64,000 bases of DNA from Octopus bimaculoides (Eukaryota): the NCBI RefSeq assembly GCF_001194135.2, contig NC_068986.1, positions 9,417,946 to 9,481,945 of the forward strand, given 5' to 3'. A program made the position numbers and the translations under genes. This document shows positions 49,780-63,166 of this stretch, in pieces. Each line of letters starts with the position of its first letter. Positions within the stretch are counted from its first letter, which is position 1. The notes under the pieces were generated by a model, which had not been told where the DNA came from, ran no database searches, and saw only the letters and a program-made list of their open reading frames with translations.

Positions 49780-52700
49780 GTCTGTTAGTTCAATTTTATT
49801 CTTTTTAATGTTCTGAATTGTTTGTGAAAAAAAAAAAAATCTTTTCAGCCACTAAGGGACATGCTCAAGTGGCTATGGTCAAGCAACTGATAAGTGGTCA
49901 TTTCCTTTGATTTCTAGATAGAAGCAGATAAGAAATAACACTTAGTGGTCAAATCATCGTTGTTTAATGTCTGCTTCCCATGCTGGCATGGATTGGACGG
50001 TTTGACTGAGGACTGGCAAGCCAGAAGGCTGCACCAGGTTCCAATCTGATCTGGCAAAGTTTCTACAGTTGGATGCCCTTCTTAATGACCCACCACTCCA
50101 AGAGTGTAGCCTGAATGCTGCCCAAAGGGCAGCTTCAAGGCTAGTATCGTAATATTTACATGAAGCTCTAAGCAAATTGATTGCTTGATGCTTCATGAAC
50201 AGGCTTCGGAGAAATCAGTTTGTGCCATTTCTGTGAATATTTTGGGTTTCAGGAAATGCAAAAACAAAGAATGGTTTGATGAAAATATCTCGGAAATATC
50301 TCAGCTTCTGGACATCAAGGCATAAATAACAGCAGAAATTGCTGGATCTTAATTTATCTGGAATGAATTGCTAGTAGGAAGAGGAAGCAAGTTATTGGAA
50401 GGACCACAAATCAGTGGTAGAATGCATCAACTGGAGATGCTTATATTTACAGAGCTCCAACAATACAAATAAACCACTGCCATTCAAAGCTGTATTCATT
50501 GGCTGCTGGGGTAGAAATTCATTTTGGATTAATGCACAAAGATGAAACTACTGTTGGAGTAATCCTTGACCAAATTATATCCCACTTTGATCACAAAAAA
50601 TGTCTTTAAACGTCAGAGCTGAAGACCCATGATGGAAATGCTATGAAATGTGTTACAGTCTGATGCCTGCAATGAGAATGTGGTTCTGTTTGAACCCAAG
50701 ATAGACAACCACCTCTCTCTCTCACTCTCACACACACACATACACTTGGGAGAGACTAAGCAGAGGCATGGCTCTGTAGTACAAAGTGTGCTTCTCAATT
50801 GCATGGTTCCAGGTTCAGTCCCACTGTGTGGTACCATAGGCAAGTGTCTTCTACTATAGCTTCTGGCTGATCAAAGCCTTGGGGGTAGACTTGGTAGACA
50901 GAAACTGAAAGAAGCCCATCATATATAGATTTTTATAAATTTGTAAATAACACCCAAAGGCTGTAAATTTTGGAGAAAAGTGACCACACAGGTCTTTTTA
51001 TAATAACTGTAATTGTATATTATATTTTTATAATAATAATAATAGAGGCTCCAATTAAATCAACTAAACCTAAACAAATGACTGAAAAAAGATTGGCCTA
51101 TATTATTATTATAAAAAATGATATATAATTTACAGTTATTTTATATATATGTATGTCTGTGCATGTGTGTAACTTTGACATGATACTTATGATTGCCTCT
51201 GCCATGCAAGCAGTGTCGTTCATTTCCAATGTTCTATGGAAACATGTCTGGCCGTGTGTGCATGTGTGTGGGGATATTACTTTGCTTGGAAACTGATGAG
51301 GGCTGGTGACTGGAAAGGTGTCTCACCATAAAAAATCTGCTTTGGTAAACTCCATCTAACTCATGCAGGAATGGGGAAATGGATGTTAAAACGATACTGA
51401 TGATTATTCTACACACACACACACAACTATGTATGTTTATGTGTATACACAGAGATACTTGTGAATAACTTTCTCCTGGATTCCTTGAACAGTCTACTCT
51501 GTTGCAAACACATCCGCAAGGTTTCTTGTGGGAAGCTGTCACAATATCTTCCCACACCAAGCCCACAGCTTTCTTTCCTCTGTGTGGTATCACAATTTGT
51601 CAGAAGAGCTTCTACTCAAGGGAACCAGATCATACATAAGGAGCTAGGAATTTTAATACAAACATGCACACATGTGTCTGTATAACATATTTATGATGTT
51701 TACACATATTGGCATAAGTTATAATATACACATCCATATTGTCCAACACGATAACCTACACATACATACACCGTGTACACATGCATGCTCACACACTGCT
51801 AGCTGAAGGTACTGATAACTTGGGCAGTCGCTAGGGGGCGCCGAGGAGGGCGTGACAAAGACAAAATTTCCACAACTGTCAGCTTGTACATACCAAAGTT
51901 CAGCTTGTCCAGGGAATCAGCAACCCTAGGGCCAGCCTTACACACACACACACACACACTTACCCATACATACATACATACACACTGAAAGAGAAGAGCT
52001 GAAGGACCCTCCCCACCATCTCATCTATTCTAAAACACAGGAAATAATTACATTTAAAATGGAGGCTGTTGGTTAGATTTTTAAAAAAGTAAAAAATGTT
52101 TTAGATAAAGGGAAATAATCAACTAAGTTACAGCTAATTTGTTATCCATTTGCACTGATAGAATTTCTCTCTCTCTCTCACTCTCACTCTCTGTTTATGT
52201 GTGTGTATGTATACACACACTGATATAATATATGAAAATAGATTGTTTTAATTTTTAAGTATTATGTAAAATATTTTATAAACATAATTGTGGCAAATGT
52301 ATGTCGACTTAGATTGAGTTACTAATTAGTTAAGATAGTAACAAATTAAGGTGCTGTGTTTGGTGTCTAATTGTGATATTAGAGTCTAAAGAACATAATT
52401 ACAACTTATATTAGTACTTTCCATTAAGTCATAGTGGTACACATTTGTTTGCAATGGGAATCCAGTAGAATAGAGATGTCGCCTGGTTTTGGCTGCTAAA
52501 TTCAATTGGAATTTTGTGGTAGCACCATCAGGAAACAGCTACCAGACTGCATGTTGTCTGTACTAGAGGAAATAAGAGTAAAGTTGTTGGAAAACAGCAT
52601 TCCGTTCATTACTGTATGTAGTATTTATTATATTAGCTTTGATATGTGTGACCATTTAAAATGGTTAGCATTAGGGTCTTGTCTTTATGTGTGTGTGCGT

Positions 52701-52814
52701 GTCCACACACACATATACTTTCAGTTGAATTTGTGGAATGAGCACTGCTGACAGGTAGCAGTCTTGGCACAAGTACACAGCCTTGACTGTAACAGGTCTA
52801 TAACACTGGTATTC

Positions 52815-53260
52815 ATCATCATCGTTTAACGTCCGTTTTCCATGCTGGCATGGGCTGGACGGTTTGACTGAGGTCTAGAGAGCTAGTGGCTGCACCAGGC
52901 TCCAATCTGATCTGGCAGTGTTTCTACAGCTGGATGCCCTTCCTAACGCCACTCTGAGAGTGTAGTGGGTGCTTTTTACGTGCCACCGGCACGGAAGCCA
53001 GTCAAAGCGGCACTGGCATCGACCATGTTCGGATGGTGCTTTTTACATGCTACCAGCACATAAGCCAGTCGGGGTGAGGGGGCTGGCATCAGCCATGTTC
53101 GGATAGTGCTTTTTACGTGCTACCGGCACGGGGGTCACAACTACAATTTCCATTTGATTTGATTTTGATATTGATGTTGATGTTCTTGACTTAATAGGTC
53201 TCCCCAAGCACAGCATGTCGCCCTATGATCCAAAGTACTTTTGAGTGGGCTGGTGTACAG
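52815..53260 (-). mobile_element. Repeat family C copy in reverse orientation, with the same upstream extension as the 33.5 kb copy
   Basis: Reverse complement of 33535-34002, including gacctattgagtcaag..catcaacatc..aatcaaatggaaattgtagttgtg. Confidence 0.8.
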
Positions 53261-54287
53261 CTTGTATGTTATAACCATTTTCTTTCATATTGTCTGTTAT
53301 GGCCTGTTTTCATGATATTCTTCATAAGAAGTTGCTGTGACCAAAGTCTCAAATGCCATTTCTTTAGCAGTATTACTTTGGATCTTCTATCATAATTATT
53401 ATTTAATAATCTTAGCTCTTTTTTATGTCTTTAATAGTCAAAAGACAAAAAGCAAATAATAATAATGGTTTCAGATTTTGGCACAAGGCCAGCAATTATG
53501 GGAAAGTGGGTAAATTGATTACATCAATCCCAGTGCTTGACTGGTACTTATTTAATCGACCCTAAAAGGATGAAAGGTAAAGTGGACCTTGGTGGAATTT
53601 GAACTCGGAAAGTAAAGACCAATAAAATGACACTAAAGATTTTGCCTGGTGTGCTCACAATTCTAAAACACAGCTCACTGCCTATTGTGCTTATAGTATA
53701 CAGTGCTCAGGTGCACTACATCTCATTGGAAAAGGTTAAAAGAGAGGAGAAAAAGCAGCAATAAGTGAAATAAAGAAGAAAAAAGAAACCCAACACTGTA
53801 AACCAGAAGTACACACTTGGGGCAGAGGATGAAACCCAGAAAGAGAGAAAAATAATGAGTAAAAGTCATAAAGAGGAAAGGGGTCGTAGGCGTGTCAGAT
53901 GAAGTGTTGCTGAATTCCAGGAAGCATGGAATTTTCAAAGGATGCATTATCTTGACAGCTAACAACTCATGTGGATAATTTGTTCCATGCTTTGACTATT
54001 TTGAATGTGAGAAAAATGTCATGGGGCTCACATTTTTTTTATTTAAAAAATTTTTTCATTTTAATAATCATGAATTGGAGTGGCTGTGTGGTAAGTAGCT
54101 TGCTTACGACCCACATGGTTTCGGGTTCAGTCCCACTGTGTGGCACCTTGGGCAAGTGTCTTCTACTATAGCCTCAGGCCAAATAAAGCCTTGTGAGTGG
54201 ATTTGGTATTTGGTAGACGGAAACTGAAAGAAGCCCATCGTATATATGTGTGTGTGTGTATGTATATATATGGGAGAATATACAAAT

Positions 54288-54556
54288 AATAACAACAGAC
54301 GAGGACAGGTGGTGTAAATAACAAAAGTATATATTAGTATGACGCTCGGGAATACGGAAAGTCTTTGACGTTTCGAGCTACGCTCTTCAACAGAAAGAAT
54401 ACGGAGACAAGGAGAAAAACACGGAGAAAAAAAATTGAATAGTGTTCAGTCAACGGTCAATCGTAATAATGGCCGATCATAACAATGACTGACCGGAATT
54501 CTTATTTCAGGAGAGCTAAGAAAGGGGGAGATAACAAACGGTGATCGGGAACGAGG
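54288..54556 (-). mobile_element. Penelope-like terminus of a second family, inserted in a SINE and running into an N gap
   Basis: CpG-rich (young-looking) block with a hammerhead-like 'ctgttgaagagcgtagctcgaaacgtc' on the minus strand. Confidence 0.55.
54362..54398 (-). ncRNA. Minimal type I hammerhead ribozyme-like motif (variant core)
   Basis: Minus strand reads tcttt-CTGTTGA-a-gagc(gta)gctc-GAAAC-GTC-aaaga. Stems I and II are perfect, stem III is a palindromic mini-stem, and the cleavage triplet is GUC. The core has U in place of A6. Confidence 0.5.
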
Positions 54557-55486
54557 NNNNNNNNNNNNNNNNNNNNNNNNNNNNNNNNNNNNNNNNNNNN
54601 NNNNNNNNNNNNNNNNNNNNNNNNNNNNNNNNNNNNNNNNNNNNNNNNNNNNNNNNNNNNNNNNNNNNNNNNNNNNNNNNNNNNNNNNNNNNNNNNNNNN
54701 NNNNNNNNNNNNNNNNNNNNNNNNNNNNNNNNNNNNNNNNNNNNNNNNNNNNNNNNNNNNNNNNNNNNNNNNNNNNNNNNNNNNNNNNNNNNNNNNNNNN
54801 NNNNNNNNNNNNNNNNNNNNNNNNNNNNNNNNNNNNNNNNNNNNNNNNNNNNNNNNNNNNNNNNNNNNNNNNNNNNNNNNNNNNNNNNNNNNNNNNNNNN
54901 NNNNNNNNNNNNNNNNNNNNNNNNNNNNNNNNNNNNNNNNNNNNNNNNNNNNNNNNNNNNNNNNNNNNNNNNNNNNNNNNNNNNNNNNNNNNNNNNNNNN
55001 NNNNNNNNNNNNNNNNNNNNNNNNNNNNNNNNNNNNNNNNNNNNNNNNNNNNNNNNNNNNNNNNNNNNNNNNNNNNNNNGGTATTTGGTAGACGGAAACT
55101 GAAAGAAGCCCATCGTATATATGTGTGTGTGTGTGTGTATGTTTATGTGTCTGTCCCCCCCCAAACATTGCTTGACAACCGATGCTGGTGTGTTTACGTC
55201 CCCGTAACATAGTGGTTCGGCAAAAGAGGCCAATAGAATAAGTACTAGGCTTACAGAGAATAAGTCCTGGGGTCGATTTGCTCGACTAAAGGCGGTGCTC
55301 CAGCATGTCCACAGTCAAAATGACTGAAACGAGTAAAAGAGTAATTCAAAAAAGTGTTTGGAAGAAGAATCTATTAAGTCATCTGCTGTATAGAAAGATG
55401 GAACTAGAATGATAATACATAATGTATCTCTGTTGCCATTCAGAAACTATTTCAAAGTCAGTTTACCATTCCTTATATTGTTTCAG

Positions 55487-55612
55487 GTGAATCCAATGTG
55501 TACACAATTGGTTTCATTGGAGAACACAAAGTTGTTTCAACTAAACTCCCCGCTATTGGTCATGCAAGATCTGCTCAGATTTCTTCTGGAAACACCACAA
55601 CAAGATTACTTG
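55487..55612 (+). CDS. Conventional exon, PNP/UDP domain (GESNVYTIGFIGEHKVVSTKLPAIGHARSAQISSGNTTTRLL)
   Basis: tttCAG acceptor, TG|GTAAGG donor, 126 nt. 'Y..G.IG.H.VV' is typical of the fold. Confidence 0.92.
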
Positions 55613-57597
55613 GTAAGGAAAGAAGTTGGCTTTTTTTTTTTAATTATCCTTAAATTGTTAAATGTATTTATTTATCCTGGTTACAAAAGTATAATTCTAA
55701 CATTTTGTGTTAAACCTCTTTTAGTATTTGTTTTCTATATTGTTTTATATTATTACCTGTTGAGAATTATTGGTGGCACCAATGTAATAAGAAGCAAAAC
55801 TAAGTTGTAATAGGAATTACAAAACCCTCAATAATAAGAACGAAGCAGCTTTATTTAATACGTGACAATGCACGATCATGTTTTGTTTCTTTCTATGAAA
55901 GCCATATAATGTTAATGGTGTTTAACATGAAAAAGACATTAGCTACAAAAGGTGGAGAGGAACAGATTGAACAAGATGACGGTCTGTTGTTGGATGTGCA
56001 TTGTTGATTCAAAAGGAAGATAATTTCATCATGATTTAGCATCCATTTTCCATGTTGACATGGATTGAACATTTTGACAGAAACCGACAAGTGGGACAAC
56101 TGCACCAGTTGTCTGTTTTGGTGTGATTTCTACAGCTGGATGTCCTTCCTAATGCCAACCACTTTCCAGAATGTACTGGCTGCATTTTTATGTGGCACCA
56201 GCACAGGTGCTTTTTATGTCGTGCCAGCATGTCTGGTTTTTACATGGCACCAACACAGCTGCTTTTTACATGGTGCAATCCATTATATACCAACCTGCCT
56301 GAAACTGTCCCTTGTTCTTTGACTCAATCTTGTTTTAAAGTGATCCAAATTAAAATCTTCCCTTGAAATAATGTTAATTTGTTCCAAAAACCAGATTAAT
56401 ACTGACAAAATTATTTTTGTAAATTCTTCATTATTTTCAAAATTAATTGAAACAAGGGTCATATCTTTCAACAGAAATACGATACTGAAAGGGTTATGGA
56501 TGTTGAAGGCATTGCTCAGTGCCTCATACCAAAGACATTGGACAGTATTACGTACTGGTAATATTTTTTATGTTACCACATTCTATCTGGAAGAGTGCCA
56601 TCTCGTAGCACTAGCCAAGACAGAGAACAGCAGATTCAAAAACAAAGCTATTTGTTTATGGATTCCTTGAGGAATTGGCCCAGCATTGAGAAATATGAAA
56701 ACATATTGCACTACAGATTTGTTCATATTTTCTATTTGAGAAACATACCTCTATCGATATTGTTAGGACAATGTTGAAGAATTCAGCAATATAAGGATGG
56801 CATTTCCAAAATAAATTAACACTTTTATTCCATTATTCTTTAATGAAGCAAAAAGGTAGTTTTACAAAGAATGGAAGTTCACTGAAATCAAGCTCTCTTC
56901 CATTTGTTTATGATGACCAGGACTATCTTGTTTATTTGTTAACAAATGAATGATTTTCTAGTCAGTTTAATTGCCTGAATGACTATAAATCAAGACATAA
57001 ATAATTGTAATTGTGTTCAGCTCACTAATGAGAATTTATAAGTGATCAACTCATTGTTAGAATAATGATCAAGGGTTAAATGTTTCATATCTTGTCACTT
57101 GTGCTGCCCTCTATATCTGTGATCGGACATTTAACCATAAATAGATACCCATGGGTAGATACTGCTCACTCTACAAATTGATGAGGAAGCATCCATACAA
57201 TCACACAAAATGCTAGAAAGAGCAACCAAGTATCCCTCAGACTTGATCCTACCAACATTAAAATTGTATAACTGAATTGAGATATATAATGTTCCAGAAA
57301 AAAAATGTAAACTAGTAAATTCTGACTGCCTTAACCCATTTGATATCATTTTTCTTTTGAAATCTGCTGCCTTTGTTTCAATTAATTTTGGAACTGAATT
57401 TAGTAAAATATCTTTTGTTGTTACTAAGCTGGTATTTGGAACACAATTCAATGAAACTTTGATAGAAGATTTAAATTTAGATCACTTTAACCCTTTTGTT
57501 ACCATATTTCTGTTGAAATACACAGCTTTTGCTTCAGTTAATTTTTAAATTATTAGACTAACTGAAGACACAGTTCTTCAGAGCAGTTGTGTAATCT

Positions 57598-57879
57598 GTG
57601 CTTGTATATGGATCTCCAACTTGGACCCTCACCTAGAGACTCAGGTGCATGCTGGACAGTGCCTACACCAGAATGTTACGTGCAGTGCTCAACATCTCTT
57701 GGAGGGAGCACCCAACAAAACAACGGTTATATGGGAATGTACTGACTCTCTTGTCAACACTCCAAGAGCGGAGATTGAGGTTTACTGGCCACTGCTGGAG
57801 AAGTAAAGAAGAACTTGTGAGTAATGTGTTGCTGTGGACACCAAATCATGGTACCACAGCAGCTGGAAGACCATAGAGG

Positions 57880-57916
<37 letters not shown>

Positions 57917-58052
57917 ACAGCTTGCAGAAGATATTGGATGCCAAGTTGAAGACCTAAAAACACTAATGGAAGATTGGGGGGGATGGAGAGGGGTAGTCAG
58001 GCTGGACAGGCAATTAGCTTGATTGGATGATGCCTTGAAAAAAAAAAAAAAA
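57598..58052 (+). mobile_element. RTE-clade LINE 3' fragment, interrupted by (TA)n and ending in poly-A
   Basis: LVYGSPTWTLT..LDSAYTRMLRAVLNISW...RRLRFTGHCWR...GRP, then poly-A at about 58038-58052. Confidence 0.85.
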
Positions 58053-58315
58053 GACAAAGGAGTGTGTTGAGCATAAATTAACCTGGAGTTTTGATGAAAG
58101 GTTTTTATTTAGATCACTTTAAAATCGGCAATATCAGGTGGGCTGGTATCAGAAGGATTATAGATTCTTTTTGAAACTGTTGACACAAGGTTATATTATA
58201 GCAGGGCCACCCTCCCCTCCATCAAATCAGACAGGAAATTCTAGATTTCATCATTCCATTAATTTGTATAACTACAAATCAAACCTCAAGTGCTATTAAG
58301 TAGCTGACACTATAC

Positions 58316-58396
58316 CAGTGGTACCCAACCTGGGGTCTGTGGATCCCTGGTTGTCCACAAAGGTAGTACTGGTGGGGTCCATGAACTAAATTCAAA

Positions 58397-58428
<32 letters not shown>

Positions 58429-58491
58429 AAGACAAGCATATTAAAAGGGGTCCATGGGAAAATTCATTTAAATAAAAGGGCTGCGAACCAC
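58316..58491. mobile_element. hAT-type MITE (similar ends at 35144-35312 and about 28250)
   Basis: cagtggtacccaacc ... gaaccactg imperfect TIRs, with an internal (TA)n. Confidence 0.55.
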
Positions 58492-59277
58492 TGCACTACA
58501 CAAAGTATTTATTTAATTCTATTATTATTACCTCATCTAAGAGATGGTGACACTGAATGAACGGGGTGTTTTCACACCTTTTTTACCATCAGAGATATTT
58601 CTTTCTCCATGGTAACTGATGTGTATTTGCCTTTAGCAGTTGAAATATGTGACAAACATATTTCAGCTAACCTAAATTCTGCTCAAATTTTGTTAAGTTT
58701 TCTACCAGACCAATTACTAGTTGCATCCATTTCTGACAACAACAGTGTCAAGGGAGTATCTGTAAGTCAGTGTAGAACAAATACTATACAGGATATATTT
58801 GAAAGTACTGGATTTTAATTTTTTTTTTTTTTTCTGGTGATGTTTGTACCTTATTAACTACACCTCACATCTAACTTTTTGTTTAGCTACCAAATAATGT
58901 CTCTACCCTCCATTCTTCCCAAGCAAGTCTCATAGTTTTTATGGCACCATCTCCTATACCATTCCGTGATCATGTCATTTCCATCCATCTAGAACATTGT
59001 TCCATCCATTAACCTGGTCTGTGGTTCACAACTGATTGTTCCAGTTGTCTTCTGTCTTATAGGTCGCTACCTTACCTAATATTTCTTAGAAGCTACATCG
59101 GACTGAGGGATCTTTCAGCTTCCACACCATCTTTCTGAAGGTTGTCTTGTGCCTCCCCCACCCTAAGAGGTCATCAATTACTAATCTTTGTAGAGTGATA
59201 GTTTTCATTTAGGACAAGACTTAAGGTGCATAAGCAACTGTATGTCCTATTTCCTGGTGACTATGAAGTCTATCTGG

Positions 59278-59308
<31 letters not shown>

Positions 59309-61124
59309 CTCTGAATATGCAGGGCTGGTTGTGTGGTTAAGAAGTTCACTTCCCAAACACATGGTTCCAGGTTCAGTCCCACTGTATGACATATTAAGCA
59401 AGTGTCTTTTACTATGTTTCTGGGCCTGAACCTTGTGAATGAATTTGGTAGTTGGAAACTGAAAGAAGCCCATTGTATATATGCATATATGTGTGTACAC
59501 ACACACACACAATGCATGTATGTGTTTGAGTTTGCATTTGTTTACATTTGCACATTTGAAAATCACTAAGCTACAAGTGGTGATGCTGTTGTCATTACCC
59601 CTGTCAACAAATTGTTTGTTTGTTTTTCACCTTCAAAGATGTTATGGAACTTTTTAAAAAATGCCTTGATTTTAAAACAGGAAAGGGTTCGTGACAAGTT
59701 CTTTTTGCACGTCTTTCTGCAGTAGAGTGCTGCCAAATCTGAATTCTGAGAAGGAGTAAAGAATTGATTCCAGCATTTGACTGGCACTTTAGTTATCAAC
59801 CCTGGATGAAAGATAGTGTTGACCTCTATTTGATTTGAACTCAAAGTGCATTTAACTAAAACAAATACCACAAGGTGTTCTATCTGGCACCATAATAATA
59901 TGAATTTCAACTCTTTATCTGAGCATTAAGGATGTGAAAACGGGGAAAACAGCAGAACCAATAATGGATAGTCAGAAATATGCTATGTTGGACTTGTGTT
60001 AGATACTTAGATGCTATAGGGAGAGAGTGATCCACAGTAACTGGCATGATCATCATCAAATATTAAAAGGACACCTGATGTAAAACAAGGCCCCGATAAT
60101 AGATTCATCTAACCCATACTAGCTTAGAAAAATGAACATAAAAATAAAAGTATATATATATATTTGACTGGTTTCAATCCTTGGGTTTTAGTCAGACAAA
60201 TTGACACCAGTTCTTATTTTTGAAGCCTGGTACATACTCTATCAATCTCTTCTGCCAATCTACTCAGTTATGGGGATGTAAACAAACCAATACCAGTTGT
60301 CAAGTGATGGTGGTAGTCACACACACAAACACGACATACTTATCTCAGTTTCCTTCTACCAAATTCATTCCCAAAGACTTTGGTTGACCCAGAGGTATAA
60401 ATAGTAGACACTTACCCAAGGTGCTGTGTGGTAGGACTGAACCTAAGACCATGTGGTTGGAAAGCAAGCTACATATGGCTCAAATGATGCTAAAAGATGT
60501 TGCACTCTCCTGAGTACAATGCTTCTTGAAGCAGAAACAGCTGTAAGCTAATGAAAGTTATTATGTAACTCCTGTTCTTTTGTCAATCGTATATGTGTGT
60601 GCACACATACACACACAGTTTCCATCTGCCAGAATCCACTCATAAGGCATTGGTTTGTCCCAAGTTTTATAGAAGACACTTCCTCAAAGTGTTCTACAGT
60701 GGAATTGAACCTGGAATTCTGTGGTTACAATGTAAACACAGTCATACCTGTTCCCATTTGCAGTGAGATCTATTTTACAACAGTTTTCTGCATTTAAAGC
60801 CAATACACCTGGCATCATTCCAAGCTGTCTTTTTAAGTGAATGCTTAGCTTTTGTTTTGCTATCTCCCTTCTGCTGTATACTGTTACATGTATCAAATGT
60901 TGTTGTAAGGTTTACTGGTATTGAGCTTAGCTGTTATACAGAGGTTAGTCTGTACTGTTGATGTAGATATTTACAGGAGTGCTTCATTTTCTCGGTTTAC
61001 AAACATCCTGTAGTTAACAATCAGAAACTTGTTGTTTTATATCACACGTTTCAATATTAGATATCTGTGGACAGAAGATTGTCTAACACTCTACTTTCCT
61101 GTTGTTGTTATTATTAGAGAGTTT

Positions 61125-61622
61125 AAGGCAGTGAGATGGCAGAATCGTTAGCACGCCGGGCGAAATGCTTAGTGGTAATTTGTCTGCTGCTACATTCTGA
61201 GTTCAAATTCTGCCAAGGTTGATTTTGCCTTTTATCCATTTGGGATTGAGGAAATAAGTACCAGTTATATCACTGGGGTCGATGTAATCAACTTGCCTCC
61301 TCCTTGAAAATGTCAGGCCTTGTGTCTTCAGTAGAAAGGGTTATTATTAGAGTTTGTTGCTCAATTTGTTAAGGTGGTGAGCTGGCTGATCCATTCGCAT
61401 GCCAGGCAAAATGCTTAGTGAAATTTCATCCATCTTTATGTTCTGAGTTCAAATGCTGCTGAGGTCGACTTCAACTTTCATCCTTTTTGGGGTTGATAGA
61501 ATAAGTACCAGCTAACTAGCAGTTGTTTACATCAACCCCAGGTGCTCAACTAGGGCCTATTTTATTGACCCTGAAAGGATAAAAGAAAATTTTAATTACA
61601 GCAGAATTTGAACTCAGAACTT
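61125..61622. mobile_element. Cluster of three family A SINEs, the last two in opposite orientation
   Basis: Plus copies at 61125-61345 and 61372-61511; minus copy at 61525-61622. Confidence 0.85.
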
Positions 61623-62420
61623 AAGGTCAGAACATTGATTCTGTGTTTCAGGACATATTTACAGCAACCAAAAGAGTGTCTCAACACCAGTCAGTGCTTA
61701 TGTCAGGACAAGAACCAACAAACCCCTCTTGCTTCCTTGTCTACTACTCTTTCAACCCAGACATTTTCTTGGGTATGGTGGTCAGTTATGTTCTTAGAAC
61801 AATCTGGATTCTTCTTCTCTTCTCTTCTCTCAGCTGTTTTTAACAAATCTGCAGAATTGAAGCATTGAGCTGACTTAACATTGAAACTGACTTTGTAATT
61901 AAAATACTGTGTTATTTTGTTTCCTATTGTCTTGTCGGGTAATTTATTGAGCATTTTAAAAAAGGCTAAGGGAGCAGACCCCTACAAAAAATCTGGAGGG
62001 AAGGGACCGTAAAGCAGATATGGTTATACTAAACCAATATCTGGCATCCCCTGAGGCTGTGCAGATGCCACAAACGTATTGACTTATCATTCTTTTATGG
62101 CATTTTCATGAGTGGAGACATGGTAAGTGTACCCAAGGCTAGGCACTTGCTTCTGGACACAGCCCAGGCACAGCAGAGCAAGTGCTTAACTTACTGGTCT
62201 CTCTAATACTACCAACCAAAATAGGAAATGGTCAATCATTATTTTAATGGGGGGGGGGGGTAAAAGAAAAAAAAATATTTTGTGTAAATTTTCTTTTTTC
62301 TTAATTCTTTGCATTATTTCAGCTTCTTCAAAAAATTTCAATTCATGGAATGTATTTTCTAGAATTTGTGAAAAGATTTAATGTAATGCAGATGTGTTTA
62401 TTGACTTGTCTCTATTTCAG

Positions 62421-63166
62421 GTACATTCCAGAACATAGAGCATGTGTTTGTCGTCGGTGTTGCAGGTGGTGTTCCTTACTACACAGACTATTATAAACAC
62501 GTTCGTCTAGGGGATGTGGTGATATCTCGAGGAGAAGACAGAGATGTCATCTATTATTATTGTGAAAAAATCATGAAAAATAAAAGTGGAGACTTGCAGT
62601 ATATTCACAAGACATTTGCTCCTAAAGATAGTAGTTTACAACAAACAGCAAGGAAGATTGTTGAAACCAGTGCAAGTAATCCCGAATCAAAACCATGGGA
62701 ACTCTATCTGGAGGAAGGTCAGAAATTATTGCAAGGTCAAGAAGTTCACTTTATGCGTCCATCTTCCACTACTGACCGTCTTTATATGAATATCGGAGAA
62801 GATAACGTCATTGAAGTTGAACACCCACAACCACCAGAGGAGATTGCTTCCACTTTCGATTCAGACAAGCCGAGGGTTCATTACGGTGTCCTTGGTTCAG
62901 GCCGGCCTGTTGTCAAAAGCGATGCCATTCGGCTTGATTTTGCTGGAAAATATAATATCAAAGCTTTCGATACTGAATTTGATCAAGTTCTTGAGTCAAT
63001 AATTGGCAATCGGAAAGACAGTTTCATGTTTATTCGTGGCATATCTGATTATACTGATGGCTCTAAGAACAAAGAATGGCAACCTTATGCTGCTCTTACT
63101 GCTGCTGCTTTCATGAAAACAATTATAAAGGCCTTATCCAATCCTTTAGTAGATGAAGATTTCTAA
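62421..63166 (+). CDS. Terminal exon of a winged-helix plus PNP/UDP nucleoside phosphorylase-family protein (resembles the Drosophila CG12065 family, recalled and not verified)
   Basis: tctatttCAG acceptor. Long ORF with FVVGVAGGVP, VRLGDVVIS, FDTEF and IRGISDYTDGSKNKEWQPYAA. TAA stop at 63164-63166. Confidence 0.95.

Larger units (their letters stand above)
54075..55345 (+). mobile_element. SINE family B split by a Penelope-like insert and an N gap
   Basis: 5' half at 54075-54270, 3' half at 55080-55345, with about 55 bp duplicated on both sides. Confidence 0.75.

Noticed and set aside
51815-51940. GC/CpG-rich patch as a promoter
   Set aside because: Short, sits deep in an intron among microsatellites, and its ends resemble a hAT-type MITE remnant.
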